Assembly (NCBI GenBank): GCA_030390025.1
Contig: JASTWF010000036.1
Coordinates: 2,544,001 to 2,608,000, forward strand
Reading direction: 5' to 3'
From: Squalus acanthias
Lineage: Eukaryota
Length of the DNA: 64,000 nucleotides
Shown here piece after piece: positions 37,701 through 49,952 of the stretch (position 1 is its first letter; each line of letters starts with the position of its first letter). Under the pieces are notes generated by a model that was not told where the DNA came from, did no database searches, and saw only the letters and a list, made by a program, of their open reading frames with translations. A program made the position numbers and the translations under genes.

Positions 37701-39465
37701 TCGGTGATCGGGGAGGAGGCGGGTCGGTGATCGGGGAGGAGGCGGGTCGGTGATCGTGGGTCTCGGTGATCGGGGAGGAGGCAGGTCGGTGATCGTGGGT
37801 CTCGGTAATCGGGGAGGAGGCGGCTCGGTGATCGGGGAGGAGGCGGGTCGGTGATCGGGGAGGAGGCGGGTCGGTGATCGGGGAGGAGGCGGGTCGGTGA
37901 TCGGGGAGGAGGCGGGTCGGTGATCGGGGAGGAGGCGGGTCGGTGATCGTGGGTCTCGGTGATCGGGGAGGAGGCGGGTCGGTGATCGGGGAGGAGGCGG
38001 GTCGGTGATCGGGGAGGAGGCGGGTCGGTGATCGTGGGTCTCGGTGATCGGGGAGGAGGCAGGTCGGTGATCGTGGGTCTCGGTAATCGGGGAGGAGGCG
38101 GCTCGGTGATCGGGGAGGAGGCGGGTCGGTGATCGGGGAGGAGGCAGGTCGGTGATCGTGGGTCTCGGTGATCGGGGAGGAGGCGGGTCGGTGATCGGGG
38201 AGGAGGCGGGTCGGTGATCGGGGAGGAGGCGGGTCGGTGATCGGGGAGGAGGCGGGTCGGTGATCGGGGAGGAGGCGGGTCGGTGATCGGGGAGGAGGCG
38301 TGTCGGTGATCGGGGAGGAGGCGTGTCGGTGATCGGGGAGGAGGCGGGTCGGTGATCGGGGAGGAGGCGTGTCGGTGATCGGGGAGGAGGCGGGTCGGTG
38401 ATCGGGGAGGAGGCGTGTCGGTGATCGGGGAGGAGGCGGGTCGGTGATCGGGGAGGAGGCGGGTCGGTGATCGGGGAGGAGGCGGGTCGGTGATCGGGGA
38501 GGAGGCGTGTCGGTGATCGGGGAGGAGGCGGGTCGGTGATCGGGGAGGAGGCGGGTCGGTGATCGGGGAGGAGGCGGGTCGGTGATCGCGGGTCTCGGTG
38601 ATCGGGGAGGAGGCGGGTCGGTGATCGTGGGTCTCGGTGATCGGGGAGGAGGCGGGTCGGTGATCGGGGAGGAGGCGGGTCGGTGATCGTGGGTCTCGGT
38701 GATCGGGGAGGAGGCGGGTCGGTGATCGGGGAGGAGGCGGGTCGGTGATCGGGGAGGAGGCGGGTCGGTGATCGGGGAGGAGGCGGGTCGGTGATCGGGG
38801 AGGAGGCGTGTCGGTGATCGGGGAGGAGGCGTGTCGGTGATCGGGGAGGAGGCGGGTCGGTGATCGGGGAGGAGGCGTGTCGGTGATCGGGGAGGAGGCG
38901 GGTCGGTGATCGGGGAGGAGGCGTGTCGGTGATCGGGGAGGAGGCGGGTCGGTGATCGGGGAGGAGGCGGGTCGGTGATCGGGGAGGAGGCGTGTCGGTG
39001 ATCGGGGAGGAGGCGTGTCGGTGATCGGGGAGGAGGCGTGTCGGTGATCGGGGAGGAGGCGGGTCGGTGATCGGGGAGGAGGCGGGTCGGTGATCGGGGA
39101 GGAGGCGTGTCGGTGATCGGGGAGGAGGCGGGTCGGTGATCGGGGAGGAGGCGGGTCGGTGATCGGGGAGGAGGCGGGTCGGTGATCGCGGGTCTCGGTG
39201 ATCGGGGAGGAGGCGGGTCGGTGATCGTGGGTCTCGGTGATCGGGGAGGAGGCGGGTCGGTGATCGGGGAGGAGGCGGCTCGGTGATCGTGGGTCTCGGT
39301 AATCGGGGAGGAGGCGGCTCGGTGATCGGGGAGGAGGCGGGTCGGTGATCGGGGAGGAGGCGGGTCGGTGATCGGGGGTCTCGGTGATCGGGGGGGCGCA
39401 GGTCGGGGCAGTGATCGCGGGTTTCTGGGATCGGGGGAGGCGGGTCGGTGATCGCGGGGGCGGGG
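34780..39465. repeat. ~4.7-kb CpG-rich compound minisatellite (23-bp and 16-bp units)
   Basis: Interspersed units GGTGATCGGGGAGGAGGCGGGTC (23 bp) and GGTGATCGYGRGTCTC (16 bp). Degenerate edges, homogeneous centre. Confidence 0.97.
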
Positions 39466-39825
39466 CGGGGGGTAAGATTTACAGGGTTAATTTCTTGGGC
39501 CTGGAGGAAACACTCCTGCTCCTCCTGGCCCACAACCAGACCATCGCACCTCCTTTTACCTGCTGGGTTTCCCGAGGCCAGAGATACCCGCCCGACACGA
39601 GTTAAAAATAGAAACCCTGTTAAAATGGTGGCACACAGCCTCCTTAAAAAAGGTTTTAACGATCGACCCGCCTCCAGAGAGCGGATTGCTCGTCCGCCCC
39701 CCACCCCACCTCCATTAAAAGCGGAAGTGGCCGGGTTCAAGGCGGCTTGGGTTCGGATTTGAAATTAACATTTTAACTTCCCACTCGACCCAAACCCACC
39801 TGTTTTCAGGGATTACAATTACCCC
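39466..39825. mobile_element. Right arm of a Harbinger-type MITE (element F), paralog of 47660-48024
   Basis: Collinear with element G (GGAGGAAACACTCCTG.TCCTCCTGGCCCACAA, CTCCTTTTACCTGC.GGGTTTCC, GTTAAAAATAGAAA, GAGAGCGGATTG, CCCAAACCCACCTGTT). Ends AATTACCCC followed by TTA. Confidence 0.75.
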
Positions 39826-40489
39826 TTATGTTCCTTCCCCTACCTCCCTTGAAAAACAATCAAGCAGTGCTGTTAATCGCTCACAAACCTGAATTCCCCT
39901 TTCTCAACAGTTATTGATCCAGCTCCTTTTTAGTGGTGCCAATTGACCCCGAATCAAATACCTTTTCTGGGAGTCTGTTCCATATAATCAATTGTACCTG
40001 TGGGGGGAGGGGAAAGAGTTTCTTCATCTATAACCTTGCTCGAGTCTCATGGATTTTGTACTTGTTTCCTCTTGTTCTATGCTTACTTCAACTTTTCTAT
40101 GCATTTCATAATTTTAAAATATTCACAACACCATTTCACTTCAGAAACGCAGCACACAAACCAACAATTCTGTTCTGACACGGGGAGGACTTCCAATGCA
40201 ACTTTAAGTGAACACTCCTACATAACAGTATAAATGAGTTGAGCAATTTGCATAAAACATTAACGAGTTCCACCAAACATTTCCAGTGCTGCTAACTAAA
40301 ATTTGTCATGATTCACGACTGAATTAGTTATAATTAAATCTTATGGGTTGCTTGTTTTTGCGTTCTGCTGGTTGAATGTTACTTTCAGCACTGGAGCAAA
40401 TATACAGAACATACAAGAATATACTTTTACCAGATAACAATAGCTATTCGTGCAACTTATCATGGGGTATCAATATGTAACTAGTAATT

Positions 40490-40806
40490 AACATAGAATC
40501 TAGGAGCAGGAGTAGGCCATTCGGCCCGTCGAGCCTGCTCCGCCATTCAATACGATCATGGCTGATCATCCAAATCCAGTACCCTGTCCCTGCTTTAATC
40601 CCCACAGTACACATATCCCACCCTACCCCCGTAACCCCACGTATTTAATTCCCCCTAACATATCCCATCCTATCCCCATAACCCCACATATTTAATCCCC
40701 CCCTAACACTAAGGGTCAATTTATCATAGCCAAATCAACCTAACCCGCACATTTTTGGACTGTGGGAGGAAACCGGAGCACCCGGAGGAAACCCACGCAG
40801 ACACGG
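40490..40806 (-). mobile_element. 5'-truncated HE1-like V-SINE
   Basis: Reverse complement essentially identical to the 3' ~317 bp of the copy at 26404-26835. Confidence 0.9.
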
Positions 40807-40967
40807 TATGGTACTACATTTATGCAAGTGGACCCAACGTGTTACAACGGTTAAGGCCTGTGGTATTAAAGGTACAGTAACAGCATGGATAGGTACATGG
40901 CTACTTCTTGGTTGACGAGATGGAAATAGTGATGTGCCCCAGGGATTTATGTTGTGACCTCTCCTGT

Positions 40968-41488
40968 TAGAGTCAGAGTCATAGAGTTATACAGCACAGA
41001 AAGAGGCCCTTTAGCCCATCGTGTCTGCGCCGGTCATCAAGCCCTATCTATTCTAATCCCATTTTCCAGCACTTGGTCCGTAACCTTGTATGCTATGGCG
41101 TTTCAAGTGCTCATCTAAATGCTTCTTGAATGTTGTCAGGGTTCCTGCCTCTACCACCCTTTCAGGCAGTGAGTTCCAGATTCCAACCACTCTCTGGGTG
41201 AAAAAGTTTTTCCTCAAATCCCCTCTAAACCTCCTGCCCCTTACCTTGAAACTATGCCCCCTGGTTATTGACCCCTCTACTAAGGGGAAAAGTTCCTTTC
41301 TATCTACCCTATCTATGCCCCTCATAATTTTGTACACCTCAATCAGGTCCCCCCTCAGCCCTCTCTGCTCTAAGGAAAACAACCCCAGCCTGTCCAGTCT
41401 CTCTTCATAGCTGAAGCGCTCCAGCCCAGGTAACATCCTGGTGAATCTCCTCTGCACCCTCTCTAATGCAATCACATCCTTCCTATAG
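40968..41488 (-). mobile_element. CR1 3' fragment nested in the older CR1
   Basis: Open frame YRKDVIALERVQRRFTRMLPG...FFTQRVVGIWNSLPERVVEAG...GYGPSAGKWD*. (ACTCTATG)-type tail. Confidence 0.92.
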
Positions 41489-42499
41489 TTCTCCATATAC
41501 ATAAACAATTTGAACATGTGCATAGAGGGAATATCAAAATTTGCTAATAGCAAATTAGGAGGCATGTTGAACGATGAGGAATAATGAAGGGGGCATGGAC
41601 AGTATAGGGGAATGGGCAGATATGCAGCAAATGTAGTTCAATGCAGATAAATATTTAGTACATTTTGGGAATTAGGAAACAGACTGGAAATGTAAAATGT
41701 ACTTGGTATTCTCAGTGGAGTGGAGGAACAGAGAGATTCATGTGTATAGATACACAGATTTGTGGGGTGCAGATATACAGATCTTTAAAAGCAGGTGGGA
41801 AAAAACATTAAAAAGGCAAACAGGATTCTGGGTTTTATATGTAGGAATGTGGAATACAAAAGCAAGGAGGTAACGATGAATCTGTATAAGACATTGGTTA
41901 GGCCACAGTTGAAGTACTATATGCAGTTTTAGGAATAACATGATCGAGAGAATATTAAAGCCATGGGAAAGGTGCAATGTAGAATCACTAGAATGTCACC
42001 AGAGAGAGAAGATAGCCAAGAGGGCAGACTTAAAAAAAAAACTAGGGCTGTATTCACTCGAGTATAGAACGTTAAGAGGCATGTACCAGAAGTGTTCAAA
42101 AATTTACAGTCTAAATAATGAAAGATTATTTTCACCAGTGAATCGGTAAAAGGGAATAAAGTTAGGATTAGAATTAGAAGCACAAGGGTGGTGGTGGGGG
42201 AGTGGGGGGAGGAAGAGGATTAGAAGTAACTTTTTCATGCAAAGGGTTAGGAGGATGCAGAATGAATTACCACAAGTGGCTATTGAGAACATTTAGAACA
42301 GAGTTAGTTATACATGTCGAGAAATACTAAAAAGGTAGTTGGAGAGGGCAGGGAAATGGGATTAGAGTACATGGTTCAAATCTAGATCTAGCACAGACAC
42401 CACGGACCAAGTATCTTTCCTCTGTACTGAAATTTCTGTAATTCTAAGAACTACACACTACTGGAGCAACCCTATGGCGGTATGCCAGTAGTCCTAGAA

Positions 42500-44855
42500 A
42501 ATCATAGAATCATAGAAGTTCACGGCACAGGAGGCAGCCATTCGGCCCATCGTGTCTGTGCCGGCTGAAAAGGAGCCATCCGGCCTAATCCCACTTTCCA
42601 GCTCTTGGTCCGTAGCCTTGTAGGTTACGGTACTTCAAGTGCATATCCAAGTACTTTTTAGACGTGATGAGGGTTTCTGCCTCTACCACCCTTTCAGGCA
42701 GTGAGTTCCAGACCCCCACCACCCTCTGGGTGAAAAAAGTTCTCCTCAACTCCCCTCTAAACCCCCTACCAATTACTTTATATCTATGCCCACTGGCTAT
42801 TGACCTCTCTGCTAAGGGAAATAGGTCCTTCCTATCCATTCTATCTAGGCCCCTCATAATTTTATACACCTCAATTAAGTCTCCCCTCAGCCTCTTCTGT
42901 TCCAAAGAAAGCAACCCCAGCCTGTCCAATCTTTCCTCATAGCTAAAATTCCCCAGTCCTGGCAACATCCTCGTAAATCTCCTCTCCACCCTCTCTCGTG
43001 CAATCACGTCTTTCCTATAATGTGGTGACCAGAACTGTACGCAGTACTCCAGCTGCGGCCTAACTAATGTTTTATGCAGTTCAAGCATAACCTCCCTGCC
43101 CTTATATTCTATGCATCGGCTAATAAAGAAAAGTATCCTGTATGCTTTCTTAACCACCTTATCTACCTTTCCTGCTACCTTCAGGGATCTGTGGACCTGC
43201 ACTCCAAGGTCCCTCTGTTCCTCTACACTTCCCAGTATCCAACTATTTATTTTGCATTCCCTTACCTTGTTAGCCCTCCCCAAATGCATTACCTCACACT
43301 TCTCCGGATTGAATTCCATTTGCCACTGTTCTGCCCACCTGACCAGTCCATTGATATCTTCCTGCAGTCTATAGCTTTCTTCTTCATTATCAACCACACA
43401 GCAGATTTTAATATCAGATAAAAATTTCTTAATCATGCCCCCTACATTCAAGTCTAAATCATTGATATATACCACAAAAAGCAAAATGACCCAGTACTGA
43501 GCCCTGCGGAACCCCACTGGAAACAGCCTTCCAGTCACAAAAACACCCGTCGACCATTACCCTTTACTTCCTGCTACTGAGCCAATTTTGGATTCAATTT
43601 GCCACTTTCCTTTTGATCCCATGGGCTTTTGCTTTTCTGACCAGTCTGCCATGTGGGACCTTGTCAAAAGCCTTGCTAAAATCCATGCAGACTACATCAA
43701 ACACGCTACCCTCATTGACCCTCCTTGTTACCTCCTCAAAAAATTCAATCAAGTTAGTCAGACACGACCTTCCCTTAACAAATCCATGCTGACTGTCCTT
43801 GATTAATCCGTGCCTTTCTAATTGATGATTAATGCTGTCCCTCAGAATTTTTTCCAATAATTTGCCCACCACCGAGGTTAGGCTAACTGGCCTGCAATTA
43901 CTCAGTTTATTCCTTTCTCCCTTTTTAAACAATGGTACAACGTTAGCAGTCCTCCAGCACCACACCTGCAGCCAGAGAGGATTGGAAACTGATGGTCTGA
44001 GCCTCCGCTATTTCCTCCCTTGCTTCTCTCAACAGCCTGGGATACATTTCATCTGGCCTGCCGATTTATCTACTTTCAAAGATGCTAAACCCCTTAATAC
44101 TTCCTCTCTCACTATGTTATCGCATCTAATATTTCACACTCCTTCTCAACTACAATGTCTGTATTGTCCCTCTCCTTTGTGAAGACAGGCGCAAAGTATT
44201 TATTAAGAACCACACCCATGTCTTCCGCCTCCCCACTTTTTGGTCTCTAATAGGCCCTACTCTTTCTTTAGTTATCCTCTTGCTCTTTATGTATTTATAA
44301 AATGTCCTTGAGTTTTCATTGATGTTACTTGTCAATATTTTTTCATGCCCTCTCTTTGCTTTCCTAATTTCCTTTTTAATTTCACCCCTGCACTTTCTAT
44401 ACTCCTCTAGGCTTTCTGCAGTATTTAGCTCTCGGTATCTGACAAAAGCTTCCCTTTTTTGCCTTATCTTACCCTGTATGCCCCTTGACATCCAGGGGGC
44501 TCTAGATTTGGGAGTCCCACCCTTTTTCTTTGTGGGAACATATTTGTTCTGAACCCTCACTATCTCCTCCTTAAATGCCTCCCACTGCTCTGACACCGAT
44601 TTAATTCAAGTAGCTGTTTCCAGTCCACTTTTGCTAAATCACATCTCAGCCTTGTAAAATTGGCCTTTCTTCAATTGAGAACTTTTATTCCTGGTCCATC
44701 TTTGTCCTTTTCCATAACTACGCTAAATCTAACTGAATTACCACCAAAATGCTCTCCCACTGATACCCCTTCCACCTGCCCAGCTTCATTCCCTAAAACT
44801 AAGTCCAGAACTGCCCCCTCTCTTGTTGGACTTGCTACGTTCTGGCTAAAAAAGT
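42500..44855 (-). mobile_element. CR1 LINE, ~2.35 kb of disrupted ORF2 (end of endonuclease, RT, C-terminus)
   Basis: [86 protein letters not shown]. (ATTCTATG)n tail. Confidence 0.95.
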
Positions 44856-45107
44856 ACACTTTCTATACCAATGATACTTAGTAACTTAAATCAAGTGCTT
44901 TGGGATGTCCTCAAGTCATGAAAAGCGCTTCATAACTGCAGATTCCTTCCATTCCTTCATTCCCTCCGTCCCTCCCAAAATGACTGAAGTTATCACATTC
45001 TATGATGTGTGTTCTATTCCATGCACCATACAACCCAAGATCCTATTTGCCTTATTTACCACTACCATGCACTGTGCAGACACTTTCAACAATACAACAC
45101 CCCCAAA

Positions 45108-45240
45108 TAAGAACATAAGAGCATAAGAAATAGGAGCAGGAGTCGGCCATTTGGCCCTTCGAGCCTGTTCTGCCATTCAATATGATCATGGCTGATCTTC
45201 TACCTCATCTCCACTTTCCTGCCCGATCCCCATGTCCCAT
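45108..45240 (-). mobile_element. CR1 3' UTR fragment
   Basis: CATAAGAAATAGGAGCAGGAGTCGGCCATTTGGCCCTTCGAGCC; same tail type as the element starting at 51918. Confidence 0.8.
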
Positions 45241-45419
45241 AAATCTTGTTGTGTGCTCCAGACAAACACCAATTAGGTTAATACTGTAAATATGTTCAAC
45301 AGACACACAACTGAACGACTTTCTGAAACTCTCTTGGGATTTCTCTTTAAAATTACAGTTGGGTTTAGGATTGTTCACTAGTATTTGTCAGTTGTCTTAC
45401 TTTTAGCAACTGCAGTTAC

Positions 45420-47055
45420 CATTCTGTGTGCACTACTTGAAGTCAGTTATTATGCAGGCTTTAAGTAGGGTATTAAATCACGCTCAACGCCATGTGCCAC
45501 CACATGCACGCTCTCGACCTCTCTCTTCAGCAGCACCAACTCACTCTCTTTCAGAGTTGTCCTGGTCCACAGTTCCATTTCATCCTTCACCTCCACCTCA
45601 TCCGGCGCTTTAACAAAAAACCTTTTTTCTTCCGTTCAGGTGTCAAGGACCACGAGCCTCAACAACTCTTGGACACCAACGCCCCTCAGGAACCTTGTTC
45701 CCCTTCACTTTCCTCTGACCCCATCCCTCCTTCCAATCTCGCCCTTTGTCGTGTTTTCACTATCCCCTCTGACCCCGAACGATCAATCCTCAGCTTCATC
45801 CCCTTATGCCCCCCACCTCAATGAATGTCAAGCTCGCCACAATGCGGAGCTCTTCTTCCAACGTCTTCGCTTCTTTGGCCAGGAGTCTTCCCCCCGCGCC
45901 CCCAACTCATCAGAATTCTCATTCCACCTGGACCTTTCCCTCTGGCCTCTTACACTCTCTAAATCTTTTCATTGTCACGTTGACAGTTCCCATCGGCCGT
46001 CTCAATTTCCCTGCCCAACCAGTGCTCATCCACCACCACCCTCCTCCGCCTGGCTGAACTTGTTCTTACATTGAACAACTTCTTCTTTGACTCCTTTCAC
46101 TTCCTCCAAATAAAAGGTGTTGCTATGGGAACCTGCATAGGTCCCAGCTATGCCTGCCTTTTCATGGGATATGTGGAACATTCATTGTTCCAGTCTTACT
46201 CAGGTCCCCTCCCTCACTTCTTTTTCCAGTACATTGATGACTGTATGGGTGCTGTTTCCTGCTCTTGCCGCGAACTGGAAAATTTCATCAACTTTGCTCC
46301 AAATTTCCACCCCTCCCTCGCCTTCACATGGTCCATCTCCGACTCTTCTACTTCTATTTCTGGAGATAGGCTATCGACCAATATCCACTATAAGCACACT
46401 GACTCCCACTGCAACCTTGATTACACTTCCTCTAACCACGCTTCCTGTTCAGACTCTATTCCATTCTCCTTGTTTCTCCGCCTCAGTCACATCTGTTCTG
46501 ATGATGCCATCTTCCACACGAGTGCTTCCGATATGTCTTTCTATTTCCTCAACCAAGGATTCCCCTTCAGTGGTTGACAGGGCCCTTGACCGTGTCCGTC
46601 CCATTTCCCGCACTTCTGCTCTCACCCCTTCCCCTCCCTCCCAGAACAATGATAGGGTTTCCCATGTCCTCATCTTCCACCCACCAGCCTCCACATTCAA
46701 TGGATCATCCTCCACCACCTCCAGCGCGATGCCACCAACAAACACATCTTCCCTTCCCCTTTCAGCATTCCGAAGGGACCGTTCCCTCCGTGACATCCTG
46801 GTCCACTCTTCCTTCACCCACAACACCTTCTCATGCAAGCGCAGGAGATGCAACACCCACAACAGCACAGAGGCAGGGAAAATGGGGAGGGGAGGAATGA
46901 ACAATAGGGAAGATCTGTGATAGGGTGGAAGGCAGGAGAGATTAAATGACAAAAGAGATGATAGTGCAAGGCAAAAGGGGGTGGTAATGGGACAAGTAAA
47001 GAAACAAAAAGGAGCTGTAAATGACAACAGCAGAATCATTACCAGAACCTGCTGC
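45420..47055 (+). mobile_element. Penelope-like element (RT remnant, start of GIY-YIG linker, inverted terminal segment)
   Basis: NNFFFDSFHFLQIKGVAMGTCIGPSYACLFMGYVE...QYIDD (46230-46241), IHYKHTDSH..LDYTSS, AFRRDRSLRDILVHS, CKRRRCNT. Strand composition flips abruptly at ~46860. Confidence 0.88.
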
Positions 47056-47312
47056 CTATTGTATTAGTATAAATGCAATACTGCTTGGCTGGAACCCATC
47101 TCCGTATAAATGCATTGTAAAGTTACTATTTACAATGCATATATTGATTCTGTTGATAGGGTGAGATGAGGCTCGTGTGGCGCATAAACACTGGCATAGA
47201 CCATTTGGGCCGAATGGCCTGTTCCTGTGCTTTAAATATTACGTAATTCTGTGCAAGAATCAAGTCCAAACCAGAATCTTGCAAATATGCATGAGCCATC
47301 TACAGAAATTTT

Positions 47313-48024
47313 GGCCTGTTATTTACGGGGAGTGGGGAGGAGTTCTGAACGAGAAACCCGAAATACGGGTTTTCCAGAAGTCCTGCAGGAATGAACACCA
47401 GGACATATTTCAAATTTTTTCACCAGGTTTCCTGCCCGACAGTCAGGTTGCCTGTTGGACGGGAAAGCCTGGGGCAGAAGGATGCAGCGGAGGAGCAGGG
47501 AGCGAGAGAGATCGTGGTCTGAGGGGGCAGATCGTGGTCTGGCAGAGAGAGGTCATGGGGGAAGAAAAGAAAGGGGGAGAGAGTGTGGAGGTGGGCAGAG
47601 ATTGCGGGGGGGGCGGTGGGGTGAAGAGCAGGGAGAGTCGCCGATCATGGAGCCGAAAGCAGGTAAGCTTGTTGGGCTTGGAGGAAACACTCCTGGTCCT
47701 CCTGGCCCACAAGTAGTGCTGGAAAGGCACTTACCTGATGGATCCAGCCCTTCTCGCCTCCTTTTACCTGCCGGGTTTCCTGAGGCCCTGGAAACCCGGC
47801 CGACAGTAGTTAAAAATAGAAATCTTGTTAAAATGGAGGCACGCAGCCTCCTTAAAAGCTTTAAATGACTGACCCGCCTCCTGAGAGCGGATTGGTCGCC
47901 TGTCCCCGTCCCGCCTCCGTTAAAACCAGAAGTGGGCGGGGGTTGGGGTCGGGATTGAGATATAAAAATTTTAACTTCTCCCCCATCCCAAACCCACCTG
48001 TTCTTGGACGTTAGAATTACCCCC
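47313..48024. mobile_element. Harbinger-type MITE (712 bp; element G)
   Basis: Right arm collinear with element F and ending AATTACCCCC. Left end GGCCTGTTATTT gives only a weak TIR match. Flanks TTT/TTT. Confidence 0.7.
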
Positions 48025-48267
48025 TTTATGTTCGTAGAAAAATATCTCACTTGACTCTGCCCAAATAAACTCAAGCAGTGATGTTGGGTCTAAATGAAAA
48101 GTAGCACTGCAGAGTTACATTAATTTCATTTGCTGTGTATAGATGGTGCACACTATCAATTTGGTCACATTCTTCTTAGAGATCTCTCCCAAATCACTTT
48201 CAGGAGATGCCTCCTGTATACTTTTTTTTTGTGATACAGATACTTTAAAGCCACATTTGGTAGTGCT

Positions 48268-48612
48268 GCAAGAAAAAGAACTTGCATTTCTATAGCACTT
48301 TATCACATCCTCAAGACAAATGAATAAGTGACCAAATAATCTGTTTTTAGTGGTGTTGGTTGAGGGAGAAATGCTGTCCAGGACACCAGAACTTCCTGCA
48401 CTTCTTCGAATCGTGCCGTGGGATCTTTTACATCTAACTGAACAGTCAAGCGTCTCATCTGAAAAACAGCACTTCTGACAATGCAGCGCTCCCGCAGTAC
48501 TGCACTGAAGTCTCAGCCTAGATTATGTGCTCAATTCCTGAAGTGGGACTTAAACCTACAACCTACTGAGTCAGAGAGGAGCGTGTGCCACCAACTGGAG
48601 GAAGCTGGCACC
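48268..48612 (-). mobile_element. DeuSINE copy
   Basis: Collinear with 20977-21420 and 23543-23921, with an internal deletion. Confidence 0.75.
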
Positions 48613-49586
48613 TGAAAGGCCAAGTGGCTAATTTCCTTGTCAATATATTTAATGCTAGACCATCCCCCCTTTAATTTACATTTTCAGTGAAATATTTGTT
48701 CATGAAGAGAAGTGATGTTGGTGTGAGAAAAGACGACTTCGCTATGCAGTTTCAGCAACAAGCACTTCCAAGCCAGGTGCAGCGTTCCTCTTGTCTAACA
48801 AGGGACTTAAGTCTACCCTCATGAGAGCACCCACTACTTCATCAATGTGACTTCCCCCCCCCGCATCCCCCCAATTTCCAAAACAAGTCACCCTGTGACC
48901 TCTCTGATTGAGATTGCTGATTTAGTATAAGTTTGAGTCAAATTATGGTCAGTTTAGTCCTATGGATTTATGCAGAGAAATACACAGAAGTTACAATATG
49001 AAAGCAGGCCAATCGACCCACTCAGTCCATGTCAGTGTTTACTTTCTATGTGAGCAAATAGTCCTAATCATGTTTGCTCTACTTGTTCCCATATCAGTTT
49101 ATACCCTTGACCCTCATCGCCTATTAAGTCTAATCTTGAATGTTGACAGAGTTTCTGCCTCAACCTCTAAACCCAGGAAGTGAATTCCACAGCCGTGAGG
49201 GTCAATGTCTGTGTAAAGAAGTTTATCCTGCCCTGTTTTAAACCTCTTGCATTTAATCTTGCCCTTGTTCTAGATCCCTCAACTACTGGAAACAGTCTGT
49301 TTTTGTCTACCCTGTCCCATCATTCCACAATTTTAAATACCTCTATCAAATCACCCTGTAATCTGCATTGTTCCAACAAAAGGAGTCCAAATTTTTCTAG
49401 TCTATCTTCGTATTTCTATTTCCTCATCCCAGGCCCGATCCTTGTTAATCTATGTTGTACATTTTCTAAAGTCTCAATATCATTCCTATAGTGTGGAGCA
49501 CAGTACTCTAACTGAGGTTTTATTAAAGTTTTATATAGGCTCATCATTACATCTTGGCTTTTATATTCTAGAACTTGTGATAAAAC

Positions 49587-49952
49587 AAAATCATGAGGGG
49601 TTGAGACAGAGTAGATAGAGAGAAACTGTTCCCATTGGCAGAAGGGTCGAGAACCAGAGGACACAGATTTAAGGTGATTGGCAGAAGAACCAAAGGCAAC
49701 ATGAGGAAAAACTTTTTTACGCAGCAAGTGTTTAGGATCTGGAATGCGCTGCCTGAGAGGGTGGTGGAGGCAGATTCAATCGTGGCTTTCAAAAGGGAAT
49801 TGGATAAGTACCTGAAGGAAAAATATTTTGCAGGGCTACGGGGTAAGGGCGGGGGAGTGGGACTAGCTGAAGTGCTCTTGCAGAGAGCCGGCACGGGCTC
49901 GACGGGCCAAAGGGCCTCCCTTCTGTGCTGTAACCATTCTATGATTCTATGA
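49587..49952 (+). mobile_element. CR1 3' fragment nested antisense in the older CR1
   Basis: AEGSRTRGHRFKVIGRRTKGNMRKNFFTQQVFRIWNALPERVVEADS; same subfamily as 30170-30772. (ATTCTATG)n tail. Confidence 0.9.

Larger units (their letters stand above)
40440..42448 (+). mobile_element. Old degenerate CR1 LINE hosting a SINE and a younger CR1
   Basis: Remnants SDVPQG..L*PLL|FSIYINNL...SKFAN...LYKTLVRPQLKYY, ending in a CR1-type tail. Heavily mutated. Confidence 0.7.

Noticed and set aside
34780..39465. CRISPR-like repeat/spacer appearance or CpG-island promoter
   Set aside because: There are no unique spacers, only two alternating units, and the context is eukaryotic. CpG richness comes from tandem repetition.
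36006..39740. 1244-aa proline-rich ORF
   Set aside because: Translation of the 23/16-bp minisatellite, starting inside a MITE arm. Openness follows from the unit sequence.
47472..47481. GGGCAGAAGG in MITE G matching the GA satellite unit
   Set aside because: A 10-bp match in G-rich sequence is expected by chance, and no MITE arm flanks the satellite's left edge.
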